DNA of 64,000 bases, taken from contig NC_080406.1 of NCBI RefSeq assembly GCF_030265065.1, forward strand, positions 15,977,094 to 16,041,093, in the 5' to 3' direction. This document shows positions 13,739 to 26,592 of the stretch, piece after piece. The notes under the pieces are model-generated. The model did no database searches and had not been told where the DNA came from. It was given only the letters and a program-made list of their open reading frames with translations. This stretch comes from Corythoichthys intestinalis. Taxonomy: Eukaryota. The stretch's first letter is position 1; every line of letters starts with the position of its first letter. The position numbers were made by a program, and so were the translations under genes.

Positions 13739-16554
13739 GTAAGCTGACATATACAGAATACAGCTGTGACTGAATTTAAGTGTATAATTCAGGGGTCTAA
13801 ACCTGATTTAGCCGGGGGCTGCTTGAAATACCCTCAGTGATTGTAGGCAATCAGCCCCTGCACCGCAAGTTTGAGACCCTTGGATTAATTCATACTGTGA
13901 ACAACTTTAACACTTTTTACTCGTACAGTAATTGCTTAATTTATTAGGTAACTGACTTTTTCGAGATGCAGTATGAGTCATCAGCAATTATCGTGCCTTT
14001 AAAGGGATCCTCGGATAGAAGGACTTCTAGTTCTTAGAAGATAGATGTTATTATGAGTTTGAAACCCCTCTTGATGTTTTCGTTTTTATACAATTTGTAA
14101 AATTAGTTTAACTAGTAGGTCGCTATTGTTGTTGACATCACAGGACAGTGACGTCACATGGTCATGCTGCCGGGCTTCCATGACTCTAGTGACATAAACA
14201 TGTCATCTGTTCAACCCTTTTAATTTGAACTCAAGATGAACATTAATGAGCATGACAGGACTGTCAATATTTCACAAAATGAGCAGCAAAAGCAAAATGA
14301 ATAGGAAAGACGGGACGAGATGAGAGTAGGAAAAAAAAAACTGTTCTGGCAAAATGTACCACGCCGGCGAAACGTCTACAAGAGGCAAATTTGACACCCA
14401 AAGTACTACTGTGTGCTTTCAGCTTGTTTTGTTTAGGTGCATACAGACAGAACATACTAAAGATGCCTTAAAAAAATAATTAAACTAGTAATAATTTTAT
14501 AATAATTTAATAAGGGTGGTTTGAATATGCTACATGATTAGTGTGGTCAACAGATCAACAATCTGCTTTAAAGCTACCACAAGAAAACACAATGTTTAAA
14601 AGTATGAGAGGGAAACACATGCAATGAAAAGGTAATGAAAGACTTAATAAAAACACAAAGAGTAAGTACTCACCGCTTTTAACCAATGAGTGCATGTGTT
14701 GGATGTCTCGCCGCGTAGAAGGAATTGCAGTAACCCGGTAGCATTCGTCAAGTGACAGTGACAAAATATCGAAATGGTGATGTATCGTGATACTTTGTAT
14801 CCCAAAAGGTTATCGATATGCTCCTGCCAAGAATCGAGATATCGTTTTAAAAAGGTGTCAATGTTAAAAAAAAATAGAATAAAAGGAACCATCAAGTTGC
14901 TACCAAATTCTTCCACCATAATAGTGTCTCAGTTAACTCTAAGGCTTCCATTGACAGTGCTCGACGCCCAATCCATTTAGACTGGGGATGTTGGTTCATT
15001 CGAAACCAGAGCATTCGCAGTCATTCTGTCCGATTTTCAGGGCATTTACAGGTCACTTGCTATTCATTTACAGATCATTTCCTGTTAAGTTTGAGTCACT
15101 GCCTATTGGTTTGGGTGATTCTCAGGTCACTACCTCGACTGCAACTCAAAATCAACAGGAAGTGACCCATAAAATACCCCAAAATCAACAGGAAGTAATT
15201 GAAAATGAACAGGTAAATGACCTTAAAGGGTATGACAACACCTGGGGAAATGCTAATATTCCATCATTTATCCATAAACGCATGCCTTTTGGATTCATAT
15301 CATGCCACTTTGTGTAATTAAACACATCGCAACACCAAGAAAATGATAGAAATTTGGATTGATTGTCAAGCTAAAACGACCCGCCCCCGAGATCCCAGAA
15401 ATTTAGCATATTGTGTGCGTGACGTCACTACAAGGAAACAACCGGCTCAGTGCTTAGTACTGAATGGCGGCGATGATGGGGGACAATTTTGTTTCTAGTT
15501 GCAGCGACGAATCCGACATAACGAACATTCTTCTAATGGTGACGAGGAGAGTTTTGAACCTTTCTTTGGTGTTTTGGGTTATCAATTTGAGCCCAAACGA
15601 AAGCCAATGCAGCCTAATGAAAGGATCATTGAGGGGAGCAATCACACTGATGAAACACCGGCAACAACAGATCGTGTGGGAAACACCAAACTGTTTGTTT
15701 TACATTTCTTTTTGAGAAGCTGATACACCGTGACCGCAAAATAAAGTAATGCAGAGAATAATTATCATTTATTGTGCTATCATCGGTTTTCGCTCTGCCA
15801 ACCGACACAAATATGAATGGGATTAGAGGATTTGTTCTGTATATTTTACGAGCGATAACTTATACATGTGTCCAGTCCTATATCCAATGCGTGATATGTT
15901 TTTTATTATAAAAGAGCACTCACTTTTGCCATTTCGAGCTTGGCTGCTCCACTCCTTTGGTTAGGCTGGGGTGGTAGGGTGGTCTCATCAGAGCCAGTCA
16001 TCGTCCTCTTTCATGATATCTCAGGACATTTAGGTGGCTGCGCGTGTATGGTGGGCACCGCATCGGCTTTCAGCAGCAATTTCTTAGCAAAACCTGATTT
16101 CATTTGTCCATAGTTTGAATAGCTTTCAGGTGTAAAATGCGCACCGCACAAAACTGTGCGGGAGGCTGGGTCTGCAAAATTAGCCATTGCGACAAATGGC
16201 TATTTGTACACCACATAGCATGACAGGTTTGAACAATTTTAGCGATTTTTTGATAAAACACGAACGCAGCTCTCTCGTCGATAAACATCGATGGCACCTG
16301 CCTCGACCTTTTGTTTCCTTGTTGTGACGTCTCCGCCCTATTTGGCTGTTTTCGGAATACTTTCTGAAATGTTCGTAACTTTCGATCTATTTTCGATAAT
16401 TGCTCATGAATGTTATTTATTTTTTTGTTAACTTTATTAATATTTGTTATCTTGCCACATAACGGTTCTATTGATATCTCACAGCCCCTTAGTGTTTTAA
16501 TACCCTTTAAATGGGCCAAAATTACCTCATTGCCTGACATTGACTGCCACTGAA

Positions 16555-16675
16555 AGCCATAGACGTTCAATCTGTTTGAAGTGGGAGGGATGGCAGCGAA
16601 TGAACGAACGTTCATTCGCTGCCACCCTCCCAGTTCAAATGGATTGGACGTCTACCAGTGATAAACTCATTCCAA
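16555..16675. mobile_element. Hairpin MITE family C (palindromic ~120 bp: …tagacgttcaatctgtttgaagtgggagggatggcagcgaatgaacgaacgttcattcgctgccaccctcccagttcaaatggattggacgtcta…)
   Basis: A near-perfect palindrome is seen directly. Related copies lie at 17880-17985, 26090-26160, 40915-41110, 49735-49805, 53465-53580 and 62395-62620, with partial copies at 14957-15010 and 24835-24895. Confidence 0.7.
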
Positions 16676-17241
16676 TTCGCAGGAGAAGCTTGTTTTTTCT
16701 GTTTATTAGTTTTTTTTTAGAATATCCTCCAATGATTTCCTGACCAATGTATCGATAATCGTTGTATCGTCGTATCGTCGTTATCGTGAGCTCTGTATCG
16801 CGTATCGTATCGTGAGGTACCAAGGGGTTCCCACTCCTAGTGACAATCTATGTCATCGCCCCGAGCGTCCATAAAACATGGCGCCCTCTTTAAGTCAAAA
16901 CGTTTACTAAGTATTATAGTTTGTTTTTAAATCAATGGCAATATTTTATGTGTTTCTAATAACACATTTTAGTAAAAGAGAGCTGTGGCTTATTAGAACC
17001 AACAAGTCTTTGAGTCTGAGGTTCCATTTAACATAAATGACTGTTTTGATAGTCGATTAATCAACGGCATTTTAGTAGTGGCCATTTCGGTTTTCAAACT
17101 GAATTATCTGCAGATCAGAGGATACTAACCGTTAAAAGCCTCAAAATACATAATTATTACAATTTTGATGTAAACATTGTCTCTAAATATTTTATCTATA
17201 AACTAATTGAATTGTTTCTCTGCACTTTTCTTATCTTTCAG

Positions 17242-17267
17242 TCCTGAAGGAACTCCATTTGAAGATG
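17242..17267 (+). CDS. ube2a: ube2a exon 3 (PEGTPFEDG)
   Basis: Acceptor …tctttcag and donor gtacgt. The 26-nt micro-exon keeps the reading frame. Confidence 0.88.
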
Positions 17268-17351
17268 GTACGTGTTTACGTATAATGGCCAATGACTGAC
17301 GTATGAGTGTTTTTGATTATTGCCTACGACACTTTTTATTTTTGGTTTCAG

Positions 17352-17441
17352 GTACATTTAAACTGATTGTAGAGTTCACAGAAGAATACCCCAACAAACC
17401 TCCTACGGTGCGATTTGTGTCAAAAATGTTTCATCCAAATG
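17352..17441 (+). CDS. ube2a: ube2a exon 4 ([29 protein letters not shown])
   Basis: Acceptor ggtttcag and donor gtaaga. The ORF-track frame 17303-17566 contains this peptide. Confidence 0.9.
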
Positions 17442-17698
17442 GTAAGAATGTCGCTCAACTTGGTCAACGGCTGCCACACACACGTTTGTACAAATTGCAA
17501 CCACGCCTTAACTGTTTGTGTAGCATTGAAGGTGACAGACGTCCATGTGGCTGTGAATTTAAATGAGTCTATTACTTGTAGAAATCTAATGCATTTAACC
17601 TGGGAGGGTTGAAAAATACATTTTGCAATCATTTCACCATAATATTATTGCATTTATTGCAATTTTACTAAATATCTTAATGATTTTTCCTTTTATAG

Positions 17699-17787
17699 TC
17701 TATGCAGATGGTAGTATTTGTTTGGATATCCTCCAAAATCGATGGAGTCCCACGTACGATGTGTCTTCAATTCTTACGTCCATCCAG
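17699..17787 (+). CDS. ube2a: ube2a exon 5 ([30 protein letters not shown]), containing the active-site Cys
   Basis: Acceptor ttttatag and donor gtaagg. The HPN…C UBC catalytic motif is complete across exons 4 and 5. Confidence 0.9.
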
Positions 17788-17879
17788 GTAAGGAATAGAT
17801 ATTTGATTAGGGCTGCTCGGTTAATTGACGTTTTTAACCAATTTTTTTTCAAAAGCTCTTTATGAGCCTCTTAATTTAG

Positions 17880-17985
17880 TCAATGCCTTGGACAGCAATA
17901 AACATCAAATCCATTTGTACTAGGAGGGCTGTCGATGAATGGATTGGACAGCTATCGCTGTCAATGGCCAATAAAGCCGTTAGGA
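17880..17985. mobile_element. Hairpin MITE family C copy
   Basis: caatgccttggacagcaataaacatcaaatccatttgtactaggagggctgtcgatgaatggattggacagctatcgctgtcaatggcc. Confidence 0.6.
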
Positions 17986-19799
17986 ATAGCAGGAAGTTTG
18001 TCAGTCTGTTTCCTTATTTTCAGTGATGGTACTGTAGGTGGTAAAATACCGAAGTTACTGTGCGGTTAATGCAGTGCTTCTCAATTATTTTCTGTTACGC
18101 CCCCCCCCCAAGCAAGACGTAAATGTTTCGCCCCCCCCCAAACTCTCTGCCGCCACTGTAAATAGTATTATTTGTCTATAAAATTACTATTATAAATACG
18201 CATCTGCCTAACATTGTGTCCTTTTTTTCTAATAAAGAAAAAAAGTAACATAGATCAACTTATAATAAAGTATAACTTTATTAACATTGTTTTGTTTGTA
18301 ACAGACAAGACTTGACGTGCATCAATTTGCCTGAATTTAAAAAAAAAAAAAAAAGAAAGTCACATTCAAACTGTAACAATACACTCAAGGTACATTTTTG
18401 ACCATTTGATACAGAAAAATAAAATGTAATAAAATCCGTAAATAATAACAAATTCAAATTGATTAGAAACATTCACTCATGAGGACAGTATGCCAAAAAA
18501 AATTGACCGAAAAAAACAAAAATGAATAAAGGAATAAAAGAGTGTCCTTGGACTGAAGGACAGTTTTTATTTTTGCTGCTCACACTCTGTATTACCTCCC
18601 TTGCAATGGTGTGGAGTCATTTTGCAATGAGCATGCTAACAATGCTCACTGGTTTACTGATATAACACTGACAAAGCAGGACTATTGTTGGCAATATTCG
18701 GCACGTTTTCGCTGAAAAACAATCAAGCGGCTTATCAATGAGATTGGGGTCGAATGTCTTTAAGTGGCGTCTTAATTGATTTGGCTTCTGGCAGTCCGCT
18801 ATAATTATTTTTATACACAGTAAACAGTAGTCTTTCCTCATCACACACTGTATTAAAATTAAAAGCTAAAAGGCAAACGGCACGAAAAAAGCGCATTCTC
18901 GGCGGCCGAGGTAGAACCGTAGGTGAGGGCGGTCGTCGTGACGATCCCAAGCCGAAAATGGCACTTCTTGGGCAGCGACGTGAGAACCGGACAAGACAGT
19001 GGGTCGCTGCGTGAGTGAGTCCGTTCGGAAAACGGCTTTCGACAACGCCGGCGGCGCACCGCTCTTCATATCTGTTTTCTATGTGCTGAGTGCTCTTCCT
19101 TAGTTCAAAAATACTGCACGCACTCTGAAAATGAGAGCGCCACTGCCACCCACTGAGTGGATGTGCAACTACACTTTATTCCAGTCCGGCAAAAAAAAAA
19201 AGAAAAAAGCATGTTCCCCGAGGACACATGCGCCCCCCCTGGCATTGCTCTGCGCCCCCCCAGGGGGGCGCGCCCCACTATTTGAGAAGTACTGGGTTAA
19301 TGTAAACACAGCTCATTTTTAGAGCAACCCCTTTGTTTATTGCCGTAAATGCCAGCATGAGTTAATTGTGAATTTTGCATTATTTTTTACTTAATTGTTT
19401 ATTAACTTTTGAAACTTTTTTTTTCTCTCAATTAATGAATCAAAGGGTTAAAATGGTAAACATTTACAATTAATGAAACAAAGGAGTTAAAATGGTAAAC
19501 ATTGTGTTTAGTAAAAAGAGTATATCTTTTGTATTTTTAATATTTTGAATGAAATAATCAAAAAAGGGGGGAACCCTTCTTTTTTCCATTTGAAATATAA
19601 TATAATATATATATATATATATATATATTATATTATTAATCTTACTAATAGATTATTATTGCCCTCAGTGAAAATTGATTTTTGTAATTGCCAAAATGAG
19701 ATTTTTTTTTTTTTTTTAACTTTTTTTTATTTTATTTTTTTTTATGAAATAGGAGTAAGGAGTAAATATTTTCTTTGTTTTATTATTATTTAAAAAATA

Positions 19800-20020
19800 T
19801 ACAGTACTGTGCAAAAGTTTTAGGCCTGCCTAAAACCTTTGCACAGTACTGTATATTTTTATTATATTATGTATATACAGGATACACTGTATGTATATAT
19901 TTTCCCCAAGTGGAAGCTTCCATGATCCTAATGAATTTAATAATAATTAAAAAAAATTACAGTACTGTGCAAAAGTTTTAGGCAGGTGTCCTGCCTAAAA
20001 CTTTTGCACAGTACTGTATA
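19800..20020. mobile_element. Two Tc1-type TIR-TIR palindromes (19800-19858 and 19950-20020), internal-deletion remnants of a Tc1 element with terminus tacagtactgtgcaaaagttttaggc
   Basis: Each block is a perfect hairpin made of the Tc1 TIR terminus joined to its reverse complement (…tacagtactgtgcaaaagttttaggcctgcctaaaacctttgcacagtactgtat…). Confidence 0.7.
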
Positions 20021-20034
20021 TATATAAATATATA

Positions 20035-20595
20035 CTGTATTGGCCCGAATATAAGACGGCCCTGATTATAAGACTCAAGTTTGAAAAAGGACTTTTTGAA
20101 CACCAAATTACTTTTTATACAGAAAATAATTACAGCTTAAACAAATGATTATAACAATATATTTGAGAGAAAAAGCATGTTATTTTGCCTCATTCAAATC
20201 TTAATATCTGAACATTTAAATATGTAAACTAAAGTGCAATCACATTCGTAAATCAATGGCTTCTGGTTTTTTAAATGTAAATAAACCAATCTATTGTGAT
20301 AAAACAACAACATTGCAATAACTGCATTAACCATCAAAGTCAAGTCTAACTGTAACTGTAGTCTTGAAACAAATCTGAATAAGGAAAAACATTGCAATAA
20401 AATCATGCAAACTGGTTAAACTTGAGAGTAGCTGAGATCTGTCATGACAGAACATCGCTTCAATAATATCTGGCGCCATCTAGCGTTGTGAATGGGTATT
20501 ATGCCTAGACCGCGAATATAAGACATCCCCCCCCCCCCCCCTTTTTCAGTCTTATTTCAATGCAAAAAACACCGTCCTATATTCGGGCCAATATG

Positions 20596-20597
<2 letters not shown>
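20035..20597. mobile_element. MITE family A, copy 2
   Basis: Same TIRs and internal sequence as 6116-6686. A (TA)n microsatellite follows at 20600-20636. Confidence 0.75.
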
Positions 20598-20636
<39 letters not shown>

Positions 20637-20652
20637 TGTGTATATGATACGT

Positions 20653-21490
20653 ATATGGCGGAAAACACTCAGGTGGCTTGAAGTTTGGTCAAATTTCAGA
20701 ATTGTTCTATATGCATGTGTAATACATCTTTGGAAAGCTTAAAATCTCTATTTTCTGGTGTAAGAAACATTTTAAGCAGGAGGGCATCTTGGGGGGGGGG
20801 GGGGGGGGGGGACAACCCTAAACCCTAACTTGAGGTGAGAGCATGAGAGAGCATAATTAAAGACACCATGATTTTAACGAGATATTATCGCATACTTACC
20901 ATATTTTGATCCTAAAAAATCTGTGTAGCATGTATCACAGAGTGGTAAGACACAGTTGTGAATGGCCACAGCTGGGGATTTTATGGGTGAAACACGGTAA
21001 TATAACAATGGTCGCGATGCATAAATCGCAGACATCAAGGAGTGGTCAAGATTTACTGACGCTATTTTTTCCATTGTGTCGTAATTTGTTTAAAAGTTTA
21101 AAATATGCAATTGAATTTTATAAAAGCAGTTGTTGTTGTTTTTTTTTTTTTGTTTTTTTTAAACTAAATGTTACCGTAGCATAGACATACATTAATGATT
21201 CTAAGCTAAAAATGATAGACATTTCGAATAATAAATATAATTCTCTTCTTTTTATGGCTGGGTTGAAACAAGAGCAGTTGCGCAGTGTCTGTAAACGGAG
21301 GGCTCCAGGGTAAAACGGACAAATTAAAAATATTTCGGGGGCTTAATGCACCATGGAACTCCTATGGCAGCATATAGACATATTGTTCTATCAAATACAA
21401 CAGTTCTTTTGGCTTTAAATACAGTAGTTTATTTTAAAGAGGGGTGCAAAAGCAGAAACTGCCTTTTCAGCTTTGTGTTTTCCGCCATAT
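20653..21490 (-). mobile_element. Repeat family D (TIR atatggcggaaaacac / gtgttttccgccatat), copy A in reverse orientation
   Basis: Termini atatggcggaaaacactcaggtgg… and …gtgttttccgccatatat. The interior matches 39195-40250 and 54666-56318 in reverse complement. The recurrent ORF starting MYHRVSRHRCEWPQ lies inside this repeat. Confidence 0.7.
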
Positions 21491-21680
21491 ATATGTTTGT
21501 ACATGTATATATGTGTGTGTGGGTGTGTGTCTATATGTACGTACATACATGTATGTGATGATTAGACACATGGTAAAAATAACCGCCGATTAATAAAAAA
21601 CTAACAGTTTGTAGCAGCTCAAAATGTGATATTTGCTCACTAAAGGAGAGAAATGACAGGTATTGCCATTTCCGTTGCAG

Positions 21681-21809
21681 TCTTTGCTGGACGAGCCAAA
21701 TCCCAACAGCCCGGCCAACAGCCAGGCAGCTCAGCTGTACCAGGAGAACAAGCGCGAATACGAGAAGAGAGTGTCGGCCATCGTAGAACGAAGCTGGCGA
21801 GATAGTTGA
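21681..21809 (+). CDS. ube2a: ube2a exon 6 ([42 protein letters not shown])
   Basis: Acceptor tccgttgcag and stop TGA at 21807-21809. The assembled protein is 152 aa, the same length as human UBE2A/B. Confidence 0.9.
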   Translation, partial: SLLDEPNPNSPANSQAAQLYQENKREYEKRVSAIVERSWRDS

Positions 21810-23000
21810 CCTGCTTTAACGCAAGTTTAGATGATCTTAATCTCACCTTTTCTTTTTTTACTCTCAACATTTTATGCACTTTACCTTTTCACGCCCTTGA
21901 TAGAAATACTTTTTCTTGCCAGCCGAGAGGGAAATGTTTTCTACATTGCCGCCCATTATCCCGGCAGCATTTTGTGCTGAATCTCACCTTGCTCGCGGGC
22001 CGCCGACTTACCTGGCTCACATTTAACGTCCACGCCGTTTTTTCACGTTTGCCGTCGAGGACTCCCGACAATGTTACGCTATCTCTGTTGTGCCGTGATC
22101 TCTTTCTTGCATGCGTGAGACAATGAGCTAATCTTACCTCCCTCTTCAGTACCATGTATATAAGAATCATGCATCTGAATATATATGTACAGATTTTGCA
22201 CGAGCTGTCTCCCATGTCATTTTTTCCCTGAACGTTTGTACGTAAAAAAAGATGAACATGAGGCAAATTTACTGCAGGTGCAGTGTTTGCTTTAGCAAAA
22301 TTTTAATCTAGGTTATAGCACAATGACATTCTGGTGTAGTTCTTTGAGTACCTAATTTTAGACTGTGATGTTTGCGTCACAAATTCTTTGTTACATTATG
22401 TAATGTTTCAAACTAACCGCAATTATGAGGCGTCACATTACACTTCGGGCAGCATATTTGTTTTGTGAACTGCCTCACAGTTGCACAGGTTTTATCAAGT
22501 GAAATTGGAGATTTTTTTTCAAAACACTTGAAACAGAATTTACAGGGTTCCTTCAGTTTCATGCAGTGAAATGTAAGAGCGTTTTAACCCTTTTAATAGG
22601 ATAAGTGAGTATTTCTGGTATTATAAAACAACAACCCAAATTCATTTAAAGTGCGTTCGACAGGATAAAAAAAGTCTTAAATAGGATTATTATGTGAATT
22701 AGAATATTTTGAGACGATTTGGCGATATGCAGCAATTTGGCAAAGCGCAGATGACGGGAAATTAGTCTATTAATCCGCCACGCCTACCATTTATAGGGCT
22801 CTAGCGTCCCCAACAGGAGGATGACGTCGGCAGGGTCATGGTTTCGTCTAATTTAGAATTCAGCCCATTGAGGGGGAACTATTCAGAACGAGGAAAATGC
22901 GACGACGAGAGCTGCAAAATGTCATTGTTTCAGTCTAATATTTTTACAGGATATTTTTTATTGAAGTATTTTTCCCCAATTGCTAAATAAATGGTATGGT
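21810..23000 (+). other. ube2a: ube2a 3'UTR, extent uncertain (candidate poly(A) signals aataaa near 22989 and 23043)
   Basis: Non-coding sequence downstream of the stop codon. The end is not determinable from sequence alone. Confidence 0.35.
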
Positions 23001-25416
23001 CATGACAAATAACAGTCTTGTGCTAAATGGAATATGAAATAATAAAAATGCATTTATTCAGTACGATATGGCAAAATTACTCCATAATGGTCAAAGCTGT
23101 CGACTTCATTTTTACTGTCGCACCTCCCGAACGATATTTTATGCCACCGTGGTTAGTCCGGGTTTTCACATTTCCCGGCTTCGGAGAATGTAAACAAACC
23201 AAGAGGCGTGAACAGCTAGCCAACATGCTAACCCGAACCGAGTGACGTCTCAGACTTATTTTCGCTTTTCGAAGCGAAAAATCACACAAAACTAACCCTG
23301 ATCATGTCACACGGCGGCGGGGTTGTCGATTGTCTTCGCCGCTCGGCAACCCGCCCGGTGGCGAGCTGGTTACAGCTCGTTCCCCTGCTGCAGACAGGAG
23401 AGCTCGCCGGGGGAGCAGCTGGAGAGTACCGCCGGACAAACCGGCCGTCGTCGGAGGAGCTCGTAGCTGCCACATGGTCAACACGAATACTATACTACAC
23501 GGCAAAGACGTAAACAATGAGAGAGCGGCGTGCAGTTGTTGTGCAGCTAACATGGCAGGATGTGTCTGAGGAGAAGTTTTCTACATGTCCGTTCGTGATC
23601 AAACGTCCTATTTAAAGAAAGTTTGTAGTGTTTACTTTGTAATCTCTGTATTCGCAGCCATTTTTAACACAAAGTTGCAATTTCTGATGGGGTTGAAAAT
23701 CTGACAGAACACCCGGCATACGAAGAGGGCAATAGCAGAGTATGGAGGGGTGTGTGTAAACAGACCACCAGTCGTTGGCCGAGTGGCATTCTCTGTGGAC
23801 AATCAGCCACAAATGCAAGCCACCTCCGTATTAAAACGTGTGCCATGATCCCAGTATTTGACATGATACAAAATACGATGTTTACTCACTCAATGGTCCC
23901 ACAGTCGTTGGGCTTGTTTTGGCCTATATCCGCGGTGAACGGGAACCTTTTGAAACACAAAAAGGCTCGCATGCCTCTCCCTGGTGCAGCAACCATTTTT
24001 TGCAGCCGTTTGGCTGGCGTACGTATTAATCCGCAAAATCAGCTGATTCAATTTCTGTATTGTGAGATGCTGATCCGGGTGACGTCACATTCGCATTCGT
24101 CCTAAACCCGAGACTGAAGCAAGTCACTCATTTTCATGGCGCGGGATTCAAAAATATAATATATAAGACAATTGCTTCCGCACACATCCAAGTGGTCCAT
24201 TTCATTCAGGAGCATAAAACACAGCGTGAAATATGAAATAAACATGCTTTTTTGTGTCATACGCACTTTAAACTTGGAAGACTGACATCAAGGACTACAG
24301 AAGTCAATATTTACCAGCCCCTGCTTTATTTTTATTTTTTTTTTTAAATACTCTTAGATTAATCATAAGAGTACAGGTAATAATTAGTTTTTCACATTTT
24401 TTGTGTAGTAAAAAAATATAAACACTGAAAATTATTCATTTCTCAAAAATGAGGAGACATGAGTTAGTTGATTTCACGTCAATCTTGGAATCAACTATAA
24501 AGATATTACTGCATTACTTGCACATAGTTTGTCTTGCTTGCCGATTGTTTCTGGTGCGACTACATACTATCTGGTGCGTACCACATGGTTTAAATGTATT
24601 TTATTTCTGTCGATATTCCTTTAGGGGCCCCGTATGACTTTAAATCTCAGTCCTTTTTTTTTTTCTTATTTGGGCCTAATACTCCATCATACAAACATAC
24701 CCTGCCAGTTCTATAATAATCCCTTTATTTGTTCTTCAGTTGTCTTGAACACGCAGACAGACATAAACTGAATACATAACCTTCACTTCTGCGAATTTAA
24801 ACTACTGGTGGAGGTAACAAGAAATTCCAATGCCATTGACAACGCTTGACGTCAAATCCGTTTGAATTGGAAGAGGCTTAAAGCGACTCGTTTAAATTCC
24901 TTCCACTTTAAATTGCAGTAAATGTGAAAAATATTTAAGAAAAACTTGTTTCTATCACAACCTGATTATTTCAATTGAAATTTGGAATCAGTGAGCAAGG
25001 GGCATTGAGATTCATCCAGGAAATTTGCAATCAATTCAAAGTCCTCTTAAAAAGTCTTAAATTCACTTTTTGAAACCTGTAGGAACACATGTAAGACACT
25101 TTGTAAGCAACAGCAGGAACCCTGATTTTTTATATAGCATTTGGTTTTATTTTTAATACTTTGAAACAGTGGAAAAACACATTCAGATGTAACCCGAATT
25201 TTAGTGAAATCCGATCAAAATGGAGGTGATAATCTTCATGTAACATGGTGTGTTTGACTGGAATCTCTATTTACCTTAGCCAATTGCACATTTCAATAGG
25301 AGGCAGTCTTACAAAAATAACTATTTACAGAACTATTTAGTAATAACACAGAGAAAAAACTAGTTGTACTAATACTAAAAATGTCAGGCAATGTTTTTAA
25401 TTTGCACCGAGTTTGG

Positions 25417-26034
25417 CTACCTGTTGTACGCTCGCTCTTTCTTGGCCCTCTCCAAGGCTTTGTCCATAGTTTTCTCATTCTCACCGCGGCACTTTGGACA
25501 GTACCACTTGCCTTTGGGTTTGTGATGGAGGCCCACGCATGAGAAATGGAACCACTCTTTGGGACACTCGTCGTTATCGCATCCGATCATCTCGCCGTAA
25601 GAAACCTGCTCGCAAAGGCAGTACGTAGGCTCGTCCGGGTCGATGGGCAAATCGGGCGGCGACACCTCCGACTTGCCCTTGGATCTCTTCTTCTTCTTGG
25701 ACGAGGTCTTGGCCCGCTTTTCCCGTGTCGCTCCGGCGCCGATGTCCTCGCTGGCGTCCGGGCCGCCGTAACCATCGCCGTTCTTCTGCCGGCGAGCACG
25801 CTTGCCCTTGTCGCTGCCGGTCAAGTTCGCCGTCACCTCTTCGCGCTTTTTGTCGTGGTGGGCCGTTTTGGTCGGGGCGGCGCCGGACGAAGACGAGGAT
25901 GACGACATGGACGAAGCAGTGGCTGTCACAGAGGAAGTAGGTGCTGGGGTGTGGCTTTCCTGGGTTTCTTTGGCGGCCACCAGGAGTTCTGAGTGCCAGT
26001 CTAACTGACGGGTTCGGTTCTCCACCAACTCCAC
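25417..26034 (-). CDS. ing1: ing1 last coding exon ([12 protein letters not shown]… PHD finger …[30 protein letters not shown])
   Basis: Acceptor tccgttccag on the minus strand and stop TAG at 25417-25419. The ING1-specific C-terminus carries a C4HC3 PHD finger and a polybasic NLS (KKKKRSKGK). Confidence 0.88.
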   Translation of the reverse strand: MELVENRTRQLDWHSELLVAAKETQESHTPAPTSSVTATASSMSSSSSSSGAAPTKTAHHDKKREEVTANLTGSDKGKRARRQKNGDGYGGPDASEDIGAGATREKRAKTSSKKKKRSKGKSEVSPPDLPIDPDEPTYCLCEQVSYGEMIGCDNDECPKEWFHFSCVGLHHKPKGKWYCPKCRGENEKTMDKALERAKKERAYNR

Positions 26035-26089
26035 CTGGAACGGAGTACAGCAAATTTTAAAAATATACAGTATTTTGAGTGCTTGCAGG

Positions 26090-26160
26090 ACATGGACGGA
26101 CATAGATGTCTAATCCATTTGAATTGGAAGGACCTGGCAGCGATCATTTGTTCTTGTGTG
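26090..26160. mobile_element. Hairpin MITE family C copy (in the ing1 intron)
   Basis: catagatgtctaatccatttgaattggaaggacctggcagcgatc. Confidence 0.55.
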
Positions 26161-26592
26161 ATAACAAGAACGAACCCACAGATTATCAAAATTGCAGAAT
26201 GTTTACAATATGAAACGAAAGAGATTATTAAATTTGGGTGGAATGTGGTCAAAAGTCACGGAGGTCAGACAGAGTTTTGCGATAGCTTGTTAACATATTA
26301 CTCAATTTGAAGAGTAGGTGAGAAAAGTAAGGGCCAAAGGTCAGAAATACGGCAATGCTTTGTTTTTGGCTGCTTAAGCTCTCAGTCCGAGGTTTGAATT
26401 TTAAAAATGTTTTCAAATACAATTTGCGAAAGAAAATATTTACTTTTTTTGTTTGTTTTTAAAAGAAAATGTAAAAATTAAAAAAAATAATTGACTTTTT
26501 TTTTTAAATGTGTATTTCAAAATGAATATTTACTGTTTTCTACTTTAGTTTAAAAAAAAAAAAAAACATTCACTACTGAAGACAACAATTGC

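Noticed and set aside
16100-16615. A 171-aa ORF on the minus strand inside ube2a intron 2
   Set aside because: It has no recognisable domain. It overlaps a hairpin MITE at 16555-16675 and AT-rich low-complexity sequence, and it lies within an intron of a well-supported gene on the other strand. It is most likely a chance ORF.
20790-20830. G21 run followed by ccctaaaccctaa, which looks telomere-like
   Set aside because: There are only two telomeric units, next to a homopolymer. This is too short to be an interstitial telomeric array.
20874-21074. Recurrent ORFs starting MYHRVSRHRCEWPQ… (also at 39729-39959 and 55713-55955)
   Set aside because: The same ORF sits at the same position in three copies of repeat family D. 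The elements are TIR-bounded and non-genic, so this ORF is not a host gene.
25546-26053. Five overlapping ORFs of 68-159 aa on both strands within 25546-26053
   Set aside because: They lie inside the GC-rich last coding exon of ing1 and come from alternative frames of real coding sequence. Only the minus-strand frame 25417-26034 has homology and splice continuity.
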